Virus record (IMG/VR): IMGVR_UViG_3300008110_005672
Location: 1-55,765 of that record
Length of the DNA stretch: 55,765 nucleotides
DNA from: a virus
Lineage: Duplodnaviria > Caudoviricetes
Direction: 5' to 3' (one strand)
Numbering within the stretch: the first letter of the stretch is position 1; the number at the start of each line of letters is the position of its first letter. Below the pieces are notes generated by a model. It was not told the origin of the DNA. It saw nothing but the letters and a program-made list of their open reading frames with translations, and made no database searches. A program made the translations under genes and the position numbers. Shown piece after piece: positions 37,107-47,246 of this stretch.

Positions 37107-38207
37107 TTATATAGCCGGCAATTCAGCATAGTCGATATTTTCGCCCATGACACCGATAACATAGTTTGTGCTTTCTGTTTCTTGTAGAGCAGATTGCTTT
37201 TTACTGGTATCTGTGTGCTTGTTGAACCACGGAATTGGTGTTGATTTTGGCGCAGGCTGCAGATACTTGATACCAATATCTTTCAATGCGGCAACGGCTG
37301 TATAGTCTACAAAATCACGTAGAATATTAGCGTTCAATCCGATAACAGGACCTAACTTAAACAAATAGGTTGCCCACTCTTTTTCTTCGCGTATGACATC
37401 CATATAAAGTTGGTAGACTTCTGCTTGACATTCGTCTCGAGCTTCGACAAATCGAGCGTCCTCTTTGACCACTTGATTGATCATATAGGCAGTCCATCCT
37501 TTGTGTAAGAGTTCATCTTGCAGGATCAAACTGATAATGTTACCATTGCCAATAAAGATTTTATTCTCTACCATGGCCAGGCTTGTGGCAAAGCTAACCA
37601 TAAAGCGGAAGGCTTCTAGAGCATAACTTGCGTGTAGGGCCAACCATACTGCTCGAACATGTTCTTTTTCTGTGACTGCTTGTCCAAGTTCTTTGCGGCA
37701 GTTGATAACGTGCAGCTTGTCATAGTAGTTCCCTACTGAACTGGCCATGTCTATAATTTCTTTAGTATCGTGAATAGTGGCAAACACATCCTTTGGCACG
37801 TTGTAGATATTGCGGATGATGTGGCTGTAGCTCTTTGAATGAATGTTGGTTTCAAAGAAACCCCAATTGTACATCAAGGCTTCTACTTCAGGGAGACTGC
37901 AAACAGGAGTGAATACCTGTGTTGGTCCGCGACCTTGTAAACTGTCTAGTGCTGTCTGACGTAGTAGGTTACTGGTAAAGATATGTTTTACAGCATCACT
38001 AGCATCTTTAAAGTCATTTGAATCTTTAGTAAGACTAATCTCTTCTGGTTGCCAAAAAAATCCACGTGCTGTGGCATCAAAGTCTGCAATCTTTTTATAT
38101 TTTACTTCTTCAAAGCGTTGGATAGTAACTGGACCTGCTGGATCCAAGAACATCTTGCGATTGAGATAATCTGTTTTTGTTGTTAGGTTGTATTGTTGTT
38201 TGCTCAT
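37107..38207 (-). CDS. nrdB: ribonucleotide reductase class Ia beta subunit
   Basis: FFWQPEEI; LDSLQGR; ETNIHSKSY; DELLH; QETE...Y. Confidence 0.95.
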   Translation of the reverse strand: MSKQQYNLTTKTDYLNRKMFLDPAGPVTIQRFEEVKYKKIADFDATARGFFWQPEEISLTKDSNDFKDASDAVKHIFTSNLLRQTALDSLQGRGPTQVFTPVCSLPEVEALMYNWGFFETNIHSKSYSHIIRNIYNVPKDVFATIHDTKEIIDMASSVGNYYDKLHVINCRKELGQAVTEKEHVRAVWLALHASYALEAFRFMVSFATSLAMVENKIFIGNGNIISLILQDELLHKGWTAYMINQVVKEDARFVEARDECQAEVYQLYMDVIREEKEWATYLFKLGPVIGLNANILRDFVDYTAVAALKDIGIKYLQPAPKSTPIPWFNKHTDTSKKQSALQETESTNYVIGVMGENIDYAELPAI

Positions 38208-40540
38208 AGTTTACATGCCTCGCAGTCTTCACTGTCTTCGATTAATTCTCTTTCGTTATGGAACCCGTTGTAATGTACTTCGGGGGTGGCTTCGGCCATT
38301 GCTTTACTGCCTGCTTTGTTTATTAGGCTGTAGTAGAATGTCTTCAATCCCCACACATGTGCCTGCATCAAGTTGCGAGCAATTAATGTGGTTGGTACTT
38401 TACGATCTGCCCAATGCGCTGGATTGTAGAATGTGTTGGTTGAAATTGATTGATCAACATAGGCAGCAAGGACTGCGGCTGTTTTCAAATAGCCGTCACA
38501 GTCTTTCTGTTCCCACATCATTTGATATTTGTTTTTTAGTTTATGGTACTCAGGAACCACTTGTACAAATGATCCTGCTTTGCTTTCCTTAACTGAAATA
38601 AGACTCATAGGCATTTCAATGCCATTGGTTGAGTTAATGACAACGCTTGAACTTTCTACTGGAGCAATGGCCATTAATGTGGCATTGCGTACACCGTGCT
38701 GCTTCATGTTGCCACGTAGTGTTTCCCAATCAAGTTCAGGAGCAAAGTCTGCAAGTTCATTCACACCCTTGGCACGTAGTTCCCAGGGGAATACTCCTTG
38801 ACCGTATCGTGTTTTGGCACTCTCGCTACAGGCTCCTCTTTCTTTAGCCAGTTCCACCGTGGCTTCTGTTAGATAGTAGGCTTGGTGTTCTATCCACGAC
38901 TTAACTTCTTGTAGAGCATCTTTTTCGCCATACTTGAGTCCACGCTTGGCATGCCAGTAGGCAAGATTGGTTACACCAATGCCCAATGGCTGTATCTCAT
39001 CATTTGACAACTTGCTCTGTATACTCAAGAAGTCTTGATAGTCAAGAATGTTACACAGGCTACGCTGTAGAATCCTACAGGCTCTACGCATGTCCTCTGG
39101 ATTACGGAACGATCCCCAGTTGATAGATCCCAGTGTACATAACGCTATGCGTCCACTATCGTCGTCTAATCGCTTAAATGAACGTGTGGGTAATAGGATC
39201 TCACAGCACAGGTTACTTTGATAAATCGTATGGTACTCGGGATCAAAAGGTCCTTGGTTCATGACATTATCAATGAATACGAGATATATTCGACCCGTAT
39301 CTGTGCGTTCTTTTAGTATACCACTCTTGAACACTTCCTCGGCGCTCATCGTTTTCTTACGGAGGCCTTTTTGTTTTTCGTATTTGACATAGAGCTCTTC
39401 AAATAGTACTGTGTTTTGGTAAAACGCTTCGTACAAATCCGGTACTTCGTTGGGATCAAAGAAGGTTATGTCTTCTCGGTTTCTAAATCGTCTCCAGAAG
39501 AAAGCACTAAGCACAACCCCATAATCCATATGACGGACTCGGGTTTCTTCGGTTCCTTGATTGTTTTTAAGTACAATAAGATCATCAAACTGATGATGCC
39601 AAATAGGATAGAATACAGTAGCACTTGCATTACGAATACCTCCTTGACTGCAACTACGCAGGTCACCAAACCATTTTTTCAGGAATGGTATCATGCCGGT
39701 GTGCATGATCTCACCACCTCTGATGGGACTACCTAACGGACGAAGACGTCCAATCTCTAGACCAATGCCAGCTCGCTTGCTGGCATACTTGGCCATCATC
39801 TCACCAGAAGCAAATATGCTATCCAGATCGTCGTCACTGCGGATAAGAACACAACTAGAAAACTGTTTAGTAGGAGTGCCGAGCCCAGCCAACACAGGTG
39901 TAGCAAGAGTAAACAAACCATCGGATGCCGCACCATAGTATTCTTTAATGTAACGCATTCTTGCGCTATTCGGCTCCTCTTTATGGAACACAGTTGCTGC
40001 CGCAACCATGTATCTAATTTGTGGAGTTTCATATGTCTGTTTTGTACTACGGTTCTTAACCAAGTACTTCTCAATTAACTGTTCAATAGCAGCGTATGAA
40101 TATGTTTCATCCTTTTCATGATCTAACATGTCATTCATCTTGTTCCAGTCATCCTCTGTGTACCACACAAGTAGTTCTGGAGTGTACAGACCAGTGGCCA
40201 CATTTGTCTTGACTATTTCATATAGGCTAGGAGGCGTATAACTTCCATAGACATCTTTACGCAACATGCTGACTCTTTGCTTACCTGCTACATACTGGTA
40301 ATTAGTATGACCTACATCTGGATTATTTTCTACGTCGATGAGATCAACAATGGCTCTTAGAGTAATTTCGTCTACTTCTCTAGTTGTGATGCCATCATAA
40401 AAATGTGGCTGTGCTTTGATCTCGATCATGCTTTGGCTAACATCTGCGATACCGCTACATACTTTTGCCACCTGTGCCTGCCATTTCTCAATGGTGAGTG
40501 GCTCTCGGTCACCATTTCTTTTGATTACTGTTATTTCCAT
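38204..40540 (-). CDS. nrdA: ribonucleotide reductase class Ia alpha subunit
   Basis: ATP cone VIKRNG; QFSSC; SNLCCEI; KTFYY; C-terminal CEACKL. Confidence 0.96.
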   Translation of the reverse strand: MEITVIKRNGDREPLTIEKWQAQVAKVCSGIADVSQSMIEIKAQPHFYDGITTREVDEITLRAIVDLIDVENNPDVGHTNYQYVAGKQRVSMLRKDVYGSYTPPSLYEIVKTNVATGLYTPELLVWYTEDDWNKMNDMLDHEKDETYSYAAIEQLIEKYLVKNRSTKQTYETPQIRYMVAAATVFHKEEPNSARMRYIKEYYGAASDGLFTLATPVLAGLGTPTKQFSSCVLIRSDDDLDSIFASGEMMAKYASKRAGIGLEIGRLRPLGSPIRGGEIMHTGMIPFLKKWFGDLRSCSQGGIRNASATVFYPIWHHQFDDLIVLKNNQGTEETRVRHMDYGVVLSAFFWRRFRNREDITFFDPNEVPDLYEAFYQNTVLFEELYVKYEKQKGLRKKTMSAEEVFKSGILKERTDTGRIYLVFIDNVMNQGPFDPEYHTIYQSNLCCEILLPTRSFKRLDDDSGRIALCTLGSINWGSFRNPEDMRRACRILQRSLCNILDYQDFLSIQSKLSNDEIQPLGIGVTNLAYWHAKRGLKYGEKDALQEVKSWIEHQAYYLTEATVELAKERGACSESAKTRYGQGVFPWELRAKGVNELADFAPELDWETLRGNMKQHGVRNATLMAIAPVESSSVVINSTNGIEMPMSLISVKESKAGSFVQVVPEYHKLKNKYQMMWEQKDCDGYLKTAAVLAAYVDQSISTNTFYNPAHWADRKVPTTLIARNLMQAHVWGLKTFYYSLINKAGSKAMAEATPEVHYNGFHNERELIEDSEDCEACKL

Positions 40541-40553
40541 CTATGTCTCTAGT

Positions 40554-40988
40554 TTATTTGATATTTATTGGTAATGCCGCACTGGACCACACTATGTCGG
40601 TTTTGATTTGATGTAACACATTAAGATCATGAGCTATCCTCGGTTCGTAATTTAACACAGCATTATCTGCTACTAGAAAGAATTTCGAATCATGATCTTT
40701 GGGAAGCATAGACTTATGTATCTCACAAACGGTATCCATAAACCGCTGCGTTAATTTAATAGTATACAGCATGCCGAGACAAATAGCAAGATCATCTAGC
40801 TTGCCGTCGATAACCAAATGCCACGGGTCAGGCCAAGTGTTTGGTTGTTGGGGGTCTAAGAAAGGATTAACAAACGGAGCATGACTCCAGAGTTTAGCAA
40901 CGTCACTCCATGGGGTGGCGCTAACTTCTAAACTATCTCTGAACTGCTTCCATTTGAATAATCTTTCGTTTCCGTAAAGATCAAACAC
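40554..40988 (-). CDS. hypothetical phage protein
   Basis: WPDPWHL motif; GTG start overlapping the upstream stop. Confidence 0.7.
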   Translation of the reverse strand: MFDLYGNERLFKWKQFRDSLEVSATPWSDVAKLWSHAPFVNPFLDPQQPNTWPDPWHLVIDGKLDDLAICLGMLYTIKLTQRFMDTVCEIHKSMLPKDHDSKFFLVADNAVLNYEPRIAHDLNVLHQIKTDIVWSSAALPINIK

Positions 40989-42573
40989 CGTACGATATCG
41001 AATATGATATCGTTCCGGTTTGACCGGAAGACAGCGGGTTTCGATATGACAGTAACAGTGTTTCAATACCACTGTCGCCATCGTTGTCTTTTAATTCTAC
41101 ATTAAAAACAAAATCTGTCATAAGAATCCCCTCCGGTGTAGATGAACTGGGCGATGAATACACGTAGTTGTCGGAGAATGTAAATTCGCCCACTGACTCA
41201 GTGACCATTACTACTATTTGTCCTGCTCGTGAATGATCGCCTAACTGTAAAACATAATCTATATAGGTATATCTGTTGAATGCTGCAAAAACCGACAGTG
41301 GTTTAAAACCGTCTGACAGATAGATTATTTCATAATTCATATCTATCAAACTGACCCTGGAGGCGTTTTCAACTTCTGTAATTGCTGGTCTAGTACTCAC
41401 TGCGGTGAATCCCGCTGCTTGATGCCTATTGCTGGTACTGTCAATCACAGCATTGCCATTTTTTTCTCCAAACTTCACAATGCTGGATGTTGGAGTGGCT
41501 GCGTTGTTGGTGTTGTTGCCGCAGTTAATAAATCTGGCACGTTGTATCACTGTGCCTGTGCCGTTGTCAGATATAAAGGCATGTGCGGCAATTTCTTCAA
41601 ACTCACAGTCAAAGATACGCCATAGGTTGCCTTGTCCAGGCACGCCGTTGATCACTATTGCAGTGTTGCAGACAAAAAATCTGCAGCCGTCAAATTTCAC
41701 GCTGGAATCAAAATTAGGCGGAGCACTAGAATCTATAGTAATCTGATCAGATCTCACTGCCAACGGAGTTGATTGCCACTCACAGTCTTTGAGAGTGATG
41801 TTGGTAACCTTGGTACCATCGAGACTGTTTTCCCAATACAATGATGGATTGGAATTTTCTATATCGCCAACAATGGTATCTCCTAACACGTAGTTACTGG
41901 TCCATTTTACATTGGTGAATGCACTATCCGCCACTCCGGTCAACACCGTTTGACCTTGATTGTGATTGATTGTTAAATTACTGATGTTAACATCGGTCGG
42001 TCTATTGCCGCTGGTAAATTCTGCAACTTCTTGGCCGGTAGCAGTAACAAATAAAATACTGTTGTTGCCTATCTGCAGAATAGCACCGTCTTTGGTTTCA
42101 CCTTGTATCTTTGACGTGCTAGGAATTTTTAAGTTACTGCTGAAAAAATATGTGCCGTTGGGGATCAGCAGAGTTTTTTTGAATCTAGGATCTATGTTTC
42201 TAAATAATTCATCCAAGGCATTTTGAAAAAATGGCGTACAGTCTGTGCTGCCATCCGGTATGGCTCCAAAGTCCAACACGCTGACATATTCATCCAGCTT
42301 GGTCTGAAGCGACCTAGCAACACTTTGCGCTATGGATGGTTCAGTTTCACCGAATCTATAACTGGCCGCGAGATCTAGTATGTTATCATGCTCCGTGAGC
42401 ACCTTGGTATTGCCCACATAAGGGGCACCGTCGGCCACGCTGCCGTTGCCTATAAACAGTTCCTGGGAATCTACTGCCCATGCAAATTCTGCCGCGCTCA
42501 GTTGAGGAACTCCGATTCCTGCATTCTTAAGGCCTCTTCTGACCTGGATTTTTGATATCTGGACAACAGCCAT
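40981..42573 (-). CDS. virion structural protein with pectate-lyase-like beta-helix
   Basis: MAVVQISKIQVRRG...AEFAW..D..ELFIG; VSVLDFGA..DG..D; IP.GTY. Confidence 0.75.
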   Translation of the reverse strand: MAVVQISKIQVRRGLKNAGIGVPQLSAAEFAWAVDSQELFIGNGSVADGAPYVGNTKVLTEHDNILDLAASYRFGETEPSIAQSVARSLQTKLDEYVSVLDFGAIPDGSTDCTPFFQNALDELFRNIDPRFKKTLLIPNGTYFFSSNLKIPSTSKIQGETKDGAILQIGNNSILFVTATGQEVAEFTSGNRPTDVNISNLTINHNQGQTVLTGVADSAFTNVKWTSNYVLGDTIVGDIENSNPSLYWENSLDGTKVTNITLKDCEWQSTPLAVRSDQITIDSSAPPNFDSSVKFDGCRFFVCNTAIVINGVPGQGNLWRIFDCEFEEIAAHAFISDNGTGTVIQRARFINCGNNTNNAATPTSSIVKFGEKNGNAVIDSTSNRHQAAGFTAVSTRPAITEVENASRVSLIDMNYEIIYLSDGFKPLSVFAAFNRYTYIDYVLQLGDHSRAGQIVVMVTESVGEFTFSDNYVYSSPSSSTPEGILMTDFVFNVELKDNDGDSGIETLLLSYRNPLSSGQTGTISYSISYGV

Positions 42574-42599
42574 AGTAGTAAATTCCCGTTATAGAGTAT

Positions 42600-43295
42600 T
42601 TATCTTCCTAGACTGTAGTACTCCTCTACCTTTGTGAGCCAAGCGTCCTGCCACTTGTTGAACTCTTTGGGTTCTAGTGTAAACTGTTGATACTCAAAAG
42701 CACGTGAACACATGAATATTACACCTTTTTTAATTTCTGTGCCGTAGACTTCATTATGTGCTAGTATATAGGCCATTAGCTGTAGATAGTAATCTTCAAC
42801 CCACTCTGCTTTCTTGGGCTTGTTGGTCTGCTTGTAATCCATTACAGCAGGCTCGTCCTCGTGTACGCCCACTAGGTCAGTGGTTCCCGAGAACAGGCCG
42901 GGAAAGTATAGACTCTGTTCCATGGCCCATATTTCGTTTACCTTGCTGAGACCGTTTTCAATGATGACGTCTGCCATTTTGTTGGCCTGTATGTGTACGG
43001 GATTATTTCCAGGCTGACGTTGCATGCCACATACAAAACGTTCTAGGTTGCCGTGCATGGCTGTGCCAACGCCGGCGGCTTCTGTGGTAATCTGCTGTGC
43101 CTTGGCATGTCCAATTCTATCACGCCATTCATTTAAATGGGTCATGTCTTTGGTAGCTGAAAGAATTGTAGTCACTGACGGAAGTCTTTCGCCGTCTGGA
43201 GTAAGATACACTCGCTTGCGAGTAACAGGATCATTGACCTGTTGACAGGGCTTATATTGAAATTTTTCTACAAATGGAGGTGGTAATATAGTCAT
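42600..43295 (-). CDS. PD-(D/E)XK exonuclease (Cas4/RecB-like, phage type)
   Basis: PSVTTIL; GT.MH; E; GTTD; MDYKQ; Q..AY. Confidence 0.85.
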   Translation of the reverse strand: MTILPPPFVEKFQYKPCQQVNDPVTRKRVYLTPDGERLPSVTTILSATKDMTHLNEWRDRIGHAKAQQITTEAAGVGTAMHGNLERFVCGMQRQPGNNPVHIQANKMADVIIENGLSKVNEIWAMEQSLYFPGLFSGTTDLVGVHEDEPAVMDYKQTNKPKKAEWVEDYYLQLMAYILAHNEVYGTEIKKGVIFMCSRAFEYQQFTLEPKEFNKWQDAWLTKVEEYYSLGR

Positions 43296-43327
43296 ACTGT
43301 ATATATTACAGGAAAACTACAGCTATG

Positions 43328-43714
43328 TCAAGCCTGGGGAGTTGCTTGTGATTGTGCTAATTGTCCAGCTGCGGCTGAAGCTGCTGTTTGGTCTACTGCG
43401 GCTTGGCTGTCAGCAGCAGTTTGGGTGCCGTCACCTTGTGGTTCTTCGTCTGGCGCACCCGGAACATTGAGTTCAATTCCGTCAGCATTAAAATTCTTAA
43501 CCATCTGTTGAATAGACGGAATTGAGTCATACATGGCCTTGAATGTTTCATAGTCTGCCGTTAACTCAAATCCATTCATAGCTAGAACTTTATTAAGACC
43601 GTTCCAATTTAATTTAGCAGGTGCTTTTTTACTTGCGGCACGACCAATATAGTTACGGAGAACCATGACGAATCTATCGCCTTCATCATCGCCGCTGAAT
43701 TCAAAAAATCTCAT
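43328..43714 (-). CDS. hypothetical protein, probable virion protein
   Basis: MRFFEF N-terminus; coupled late operon. Confidence 0.7.
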   Translation of the reverse strand: MRFFEFSGDDEGDRFVMVLRNYIGRAASKKAPAKLNWNGLNKVLAMNGFELTADYETFKAMYDSIPSIQQMVKNFNADGIELNVPGAPDEEPQGDGTQTAADSQAAVDQTAASAAAGQLAQSQATPQA

Positions 43715-43989
43715 TTTATAGCTGCCAATTGTTTTTGTAGTTCAGCCAGTTCTTCTTGCTTTGATTTTATTTGATCTTGAATTTGTTTTTTTTGATTTAC
43801 ACGATCCAATGCCTGTTGCGCCATCATCTTTTGTTGATCCGCTGGATTCTGTGTAGGAGCAGCCGTAGGAGCTGGTCCTGCAGCCGGAGCCGCACCTAAA
43901 GGTGCGCCAGGAGTGCCTGGGGCCACTGCGGGAGCAAGTTCTCTAATTTTTAAGAAGTCACTCTCATTGGTGATATCAAAGAATTTCAT
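43711..43989 (-). CDS. hypothetical Pro/Ala-rich coiled-coil protein
   Basis: MKFFDITNE; ATGA overlap. Confidence 0.7.
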   Translation of the reverse strand: MKFFDITNESDFLKIRELAPAVAPGTPGAPLGAAPAAGPAPTAAPTQNPADQQKMMAQQALDRVNQKKQIQDQIKSKQEELAELQKQLAAIK

Positions 43990-45305
43990 CCAGCTAGAAC
44001 TTTTAACAAGCGGCTTTGACGATCAATACTTTCACGCTGTTCACGTCCTGCATCACCTAGCCCACCTGCTGCTGGTTCTGCTGCTGCAAAGTCATCACCT
44101 GCACCTTCGTCGCCCATATCCATTTCTGGCTCAGCATTCATAGCGTCTGGTTCTGCAGGAGCTGTCATATCAGCACCTGGTTCTGCACCTAGCATGTCTG
44201 CAGGTTGTTCGCCGCTAGCAAGACTGCGAACGCCGCTGGATAGTGTGTCACGTGTACCTTTTAGAGTTTCCAGTGCCTGTTGAATTGCAGGGGCCACAGC
44301 TTCTATAAAGGCCTTGGCCTGCTCTTGACTCATTTCGTCACGGATAGAATCGCCTAGCTGTAATAGAGTATCGTTCTCCATGCCAGAAAGCTCTTCAATC
44401 CAACGGCCAACTCTGTCAACCATTGTCTTTGCTGTGACAATCGCAGACGCTTGCTGGATTTCACCTTCTCTTAAATTACTCATATTGTCTCCTGTTTGTT
44501 CTATGCTTTCATTCTCTTTTTTGTAAATCTTATTGTCGGCTCGTTCACTGCCTTTCATACGATTCATAACTTTCTTTGCACTCTTGTCTGTGGTCATATA
44601 ATCACCGGAAGTCATTGTGTTTACAATATCTTTACCTGCTTTGTCTTGATAAGACTTTAGAGTGTTAGTGCTTAATTCTGTTTGAACATTTTCGCCTTGA
44701 TTGAAAGAGCCGTAGTCTTCATCACTACCATGTCCTGCTGATGCCATAGCATAGGCATCATCGGTTTCGCCGCCTTCGTCGTCTGAACCACGAGCGCCAT
44801 AATCAGCTTCAATGTTGTCTAACATACGATCATAAATTTGTTCAAAGTCATCGTCGCCGTGATAGCCGGTATCGATAGTGATATCGTCATACATTTCTTG
44901 TACAGCTTGTTCGATCTCTTTGCCATATTTGCCTTGTTGTGCATTGTATAGCATGTCAAACCCGTCATCACCGGATTGTGCAACTTTTGTCAAAAATTCT
45001 TCAACTTCTGGACTCTGACCTTCTAGTTGTGTATTGTCCACAATAGGCTCATCACGCTCTGCTAGTTCTGCAACAATAGCATCGTGCATGAACTGTGCCT
45101 GAGACAATGTGTCGTTGTCCACGGTTTCATTGAAATTCGAACTGCTACGTGCTGTGTAGATCTGTGTGCGCAGCTTGTTTCTGGCATCTTCCAGCTGTTC
45201 AACACTGAATGTTTCAAGGTTGATTTTACGCCCAAAAGTTTTGGCCAACGATTCGTTGAGTCTTTTAGATGATCTATTGAATGCAAAAAGGTCTGTGGTT
45301 TTCAT
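43986..45305 (-). CDS. acidic scaffold/head-associated protein (putative)
   Basis: Very acidic low-complexity sequence; TAAATA upstream. Confidence 0.6.
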   Translation of the reverse strand: MKTTDLFAFNRSSKRLNESLAKTFGRKINLETFSVEQLEDARNKLRTQIYTARSSSNFNETVDNDTLSQAQFMHDAIVAELAERDEPIVDNTQLEGQSPEVEEFLTKVAQSGDDGFDMLYNAQQGKYGKEIEQAVQEMYDDITIDTGYHGDDDFEQIYDRMLDNIEADYGARGSDDEGGETDDAYAMASAGHGSDEDYGSFNQGENVQTELSTNTLKSYQDKAGKDIVNTMTSGDYMTTDKSAKKVMNRMKGSERADNKIYKKENESIEQTGDNMSNLREGEIQQASAIVTAKTMVDRVGRWIEELSGMENDTLLQLGDSIRDEMSQEQAKAFIEAVAPAIQQALETLKGTRDTLSSGVRSLASGEQPADMLGAEPGADMTAPAEPDAMNAEPEMDMGDEGAGDDFAAAEPAAGGLGDAGREQRESIDRQSRLLKVLAG

Positions 45306-45338
45306 ATTAGTAAAGGTCCAGATTGATAGTATATTTAT

Positions 45339-45779
45339 TCAGATAGAAGCCAATCGTTGCACAATGTTTTTGGCATTTAGAGCACGATCACGGCTTTCAC
45401 AGTATCTAGCCCATAGGGTGTCTGCTCGATCATGATCCCGGTTGTTGATGGATCGTTGATACTGTGCTCGTAGCATCTGACTGTCATGGTACCAACGGCC
45501 GTATTCTTGATCCAGTCTGTATAGGTTATCTGCTTGCGCTGATTGTTTGTTAACTGCCAGCACGTTGGCAATACGTATGGCTGCTAAGTTTAAGTGTATG
45601 TCCTTGTAGAGATACTCGTTTTGATATTTTAGATGTTTGACTGTTCCTTCACTGACTATCAAAACATCACCTACAAGGATTCCTTCCGCAACTTTAATTG
45701 GAAGAATCTGATATTTTTCAATTAATTTTTGTTGTGCAGAACTAACTACTTGCTCTAAGCGTTTAGAAATGTTAGTCAT
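45339..45779 (-). CDS. hypothetical protein
   Basis: ORF with TAAATA upstream. Confidence 0.7.
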   Translation of the reverse strand: MTNISKRLEQVVSSAQQKLIEKYQILPIKVAEGILVGDVLIVSEGTVKHLKYQNEYLYKDIHLNLAAIRIANVLAVNKQSAQADNLYRLDQEYGRWYHDSQMLRAQYQRSINNRDHDRADTLWARYCESRDRALNAKNIVQRLASI

Positions 45780-45801
45780 AAAAAAAGGACCTATGGTCCT
45801 T
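45780..45801 (-). terminator. intrinsic terminator
   Basis: AAGGACC-ATA-GGTCCTT followed by T-tract. Confidence 0.65.
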
Positions 45802-45818
45802 ATTTAAGTGTGTCTAAG

Positions 45819-46139
45819 TTAAATTCCAAAGAACTTGGCAATAGTTAGAATGTTTAGTTCTCCGGTAAATCCCAGTCCTGCAATAAATGCCAGTCCCAGC
45901 ATGCCATATATCATCAATTTGTCTTTGGCCTTTTCCATTTCTTGGATCTTGGCAGATAGTGCTGAATGTTGGACACAACTTTCGTCATACATTTTGCAGA
46001 GCTGTGCTTTGAGATCTTCACCTGTGCGATCTAGACAGTCATGTACATCTCGGACGCTGACCTTGAGATCATCAATCTTTTCATCTAGGTTTGCTACCTT
46101 GGTCTCTACTACACCAAGTCGTTCTACGGTTGTGGCCAT
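45819..46139 (-). CDS. coiled-coil protein with C-terminal TM (XhlA/holin-like, tentative)
   Basis: Heptad region followed by a hydrophobic tail. Confidence 0.6.
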   Translation of the reverse strand: MATTVERLGVVETKVANLDEKIDDLKVSVRDVHDCLDRTGEDLKAQLCKMYDESCVQHSALSAKIQEMEKAKDKLMIYGMLGLAFIAGLGFTGELNILTIAKFFGI

Positions 46140-46224
46140 TAGGCTATTATCCTTTTATGTTAAGTCAAGTGCTCGCTCCGAGCCATGTGCCTAAGTTAGA
46201 AATGCCTAATATGTTTTGCCTGTT

Positions 46225-46316
46225 AAACTGTATTTATCCCGCTTGTGTGATTTCGTATATCCAAATGTTTAAACTGTATTTATCCCGCTTGTGTGATTTC
46301 GTATATCCAAATGTTT
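46225..46316. repeat. perfect 46-nt tandem duplication
   Basis: aaactgtatttatcccgcttgtgtgatttcgtatatccaaatgttt x2. Confidence 0.95.
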
Positions 46317-46684
46317 GCACGATCGCCCTTGCTGATAAATGCTGCCGGGTCTATATCAACTGAATTATTTAGTTGACCAGTTATGGGAACCCCATTGATA
46401 TCGTCAATTAATAGTCCAACTGGATCATTGCCTTTGAGGAAAACGCTATCTCGTTCTGTGTCAAAATTCCAGGTCCAATAGGTGGCACGGCCATCTAGAT
46501 CTCGCGGTAATATTCCGTCATGGCGCTGTGGGTCTGCGATAAAAACAAAATTGCTGCGCAGTCCAATGGCCTGTTGAAGGGCATTGAAATTGGCCTGTTG
46601 TCCCAATTTTATTTTGTCAGTTTCATATCTACTAGCGTGAGTTCTAGTAATATCAACGAGTGTGATAACTTGATAGCGTGCCAT
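46280..46684 (-). CDS. hypothetical phage protein (TLVDIT...QQANFN.L.Q.IGLRSN)
   Basis: ORF with TAAATA upstream. Confidence 0.75.
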   Translation of the reverse strand: MARYQVITLVDITRTHASRYETDKIKLGQQANFNALQQAIGLRSNFVFIADPQRHDGILPRDLDGRATYWTWNFDTERDSVFLKGNDPVGLLIDDINGVPITGQLNNSVDIDPAAFISKGDRANIWIYEITQAG

Positions 46685-46722
46685 AATGTGCTACTATTTA
46701 CACTCTTGATTGACCAGCCAAC

Positions 46723-46745
46723 AAAAAAGCACCCGAAGGTGCTTT
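46723..46745 (-). terminator. intrinsic terminator
   Basis: AAAGCACC-TTCG-GGTGCTTT followed by T-tract. Confidence 0.85.
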
Positions 46746-46773
46746 AGTGCTTCCCATCCCTGAGAAAAAACTA

Positions 46774-47133
46774 TTATAGTGCGTACAATGTTGTAGGCTC
46801 TGTAACTGTTAGTGTACCAGTTGCTGTGAATGTCCAAACACCTGTACCTGTTAAAGAACCAGCACCGATGATACGACCAGCACGGATAGCCAACGTGTTG
46901 ACGTCTAGTGCGTGTCTGTCGCCGTAAGCGATGATAGCTAGACCGTCGCTCTTAACTTGAAAAACTGAACTAGTTGTACCGATTTCGTCAGTTACTGGTG
47001 CTGCTGTAGATGCTGTTAAAGCAACTGCGCCGCCGCCGCCGCTCAATACATATTTGAATACTGTCTGTTGGAATGTACGTTGTACTGTACCTAATGCTAC
47101 TGCTGTAGGGTTAACTCTTGTTACTGCTGCCAT
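46774..47133 (-). CDS. small A/T/G/V-rich protein, probably an abundant structural (decoration-like) protein
   Basis: Strong AAGGAG SD, biased codons, own TAAATA promoter and terminator. Confidence 0.65.
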   Translation of the reverse strand: MAAVTRVNPTAVALGTVQRTFQQTVFKYVLSGGGGAVALTASTAAPVTDEIGTTSSVFQVKSDGLAIIAYGDRHALDVNTLAIRAGRIIGAGSLTGTGVWTFTATGTLTVTEPTTLYAL

Positions 47134-47246
47134 GATGTTTTCTCCTTATCAATGATCCCGCTCCGGGACCGGCAATATTAAGAATCTTCCTGATTCTTAT
47201 ACAGTATTTATATTGGATTGGAAAAATCACGCCAATACGGCTGATT

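Noticed and set aside
42600-43295. Cas4-like nuclease as evidence of CRISPR-Cas
   Set aside because: No Fe-S cysteines, no array and no other cas genes; an ordinary phage PD-(D/E)XK exonuclease
46225-46316. 46-nt direct repeat as a CRISPR array or att site
   Set aside because: Only two abutting copies with no spacer; it duplicates a gene end, typical of an assembly artefact
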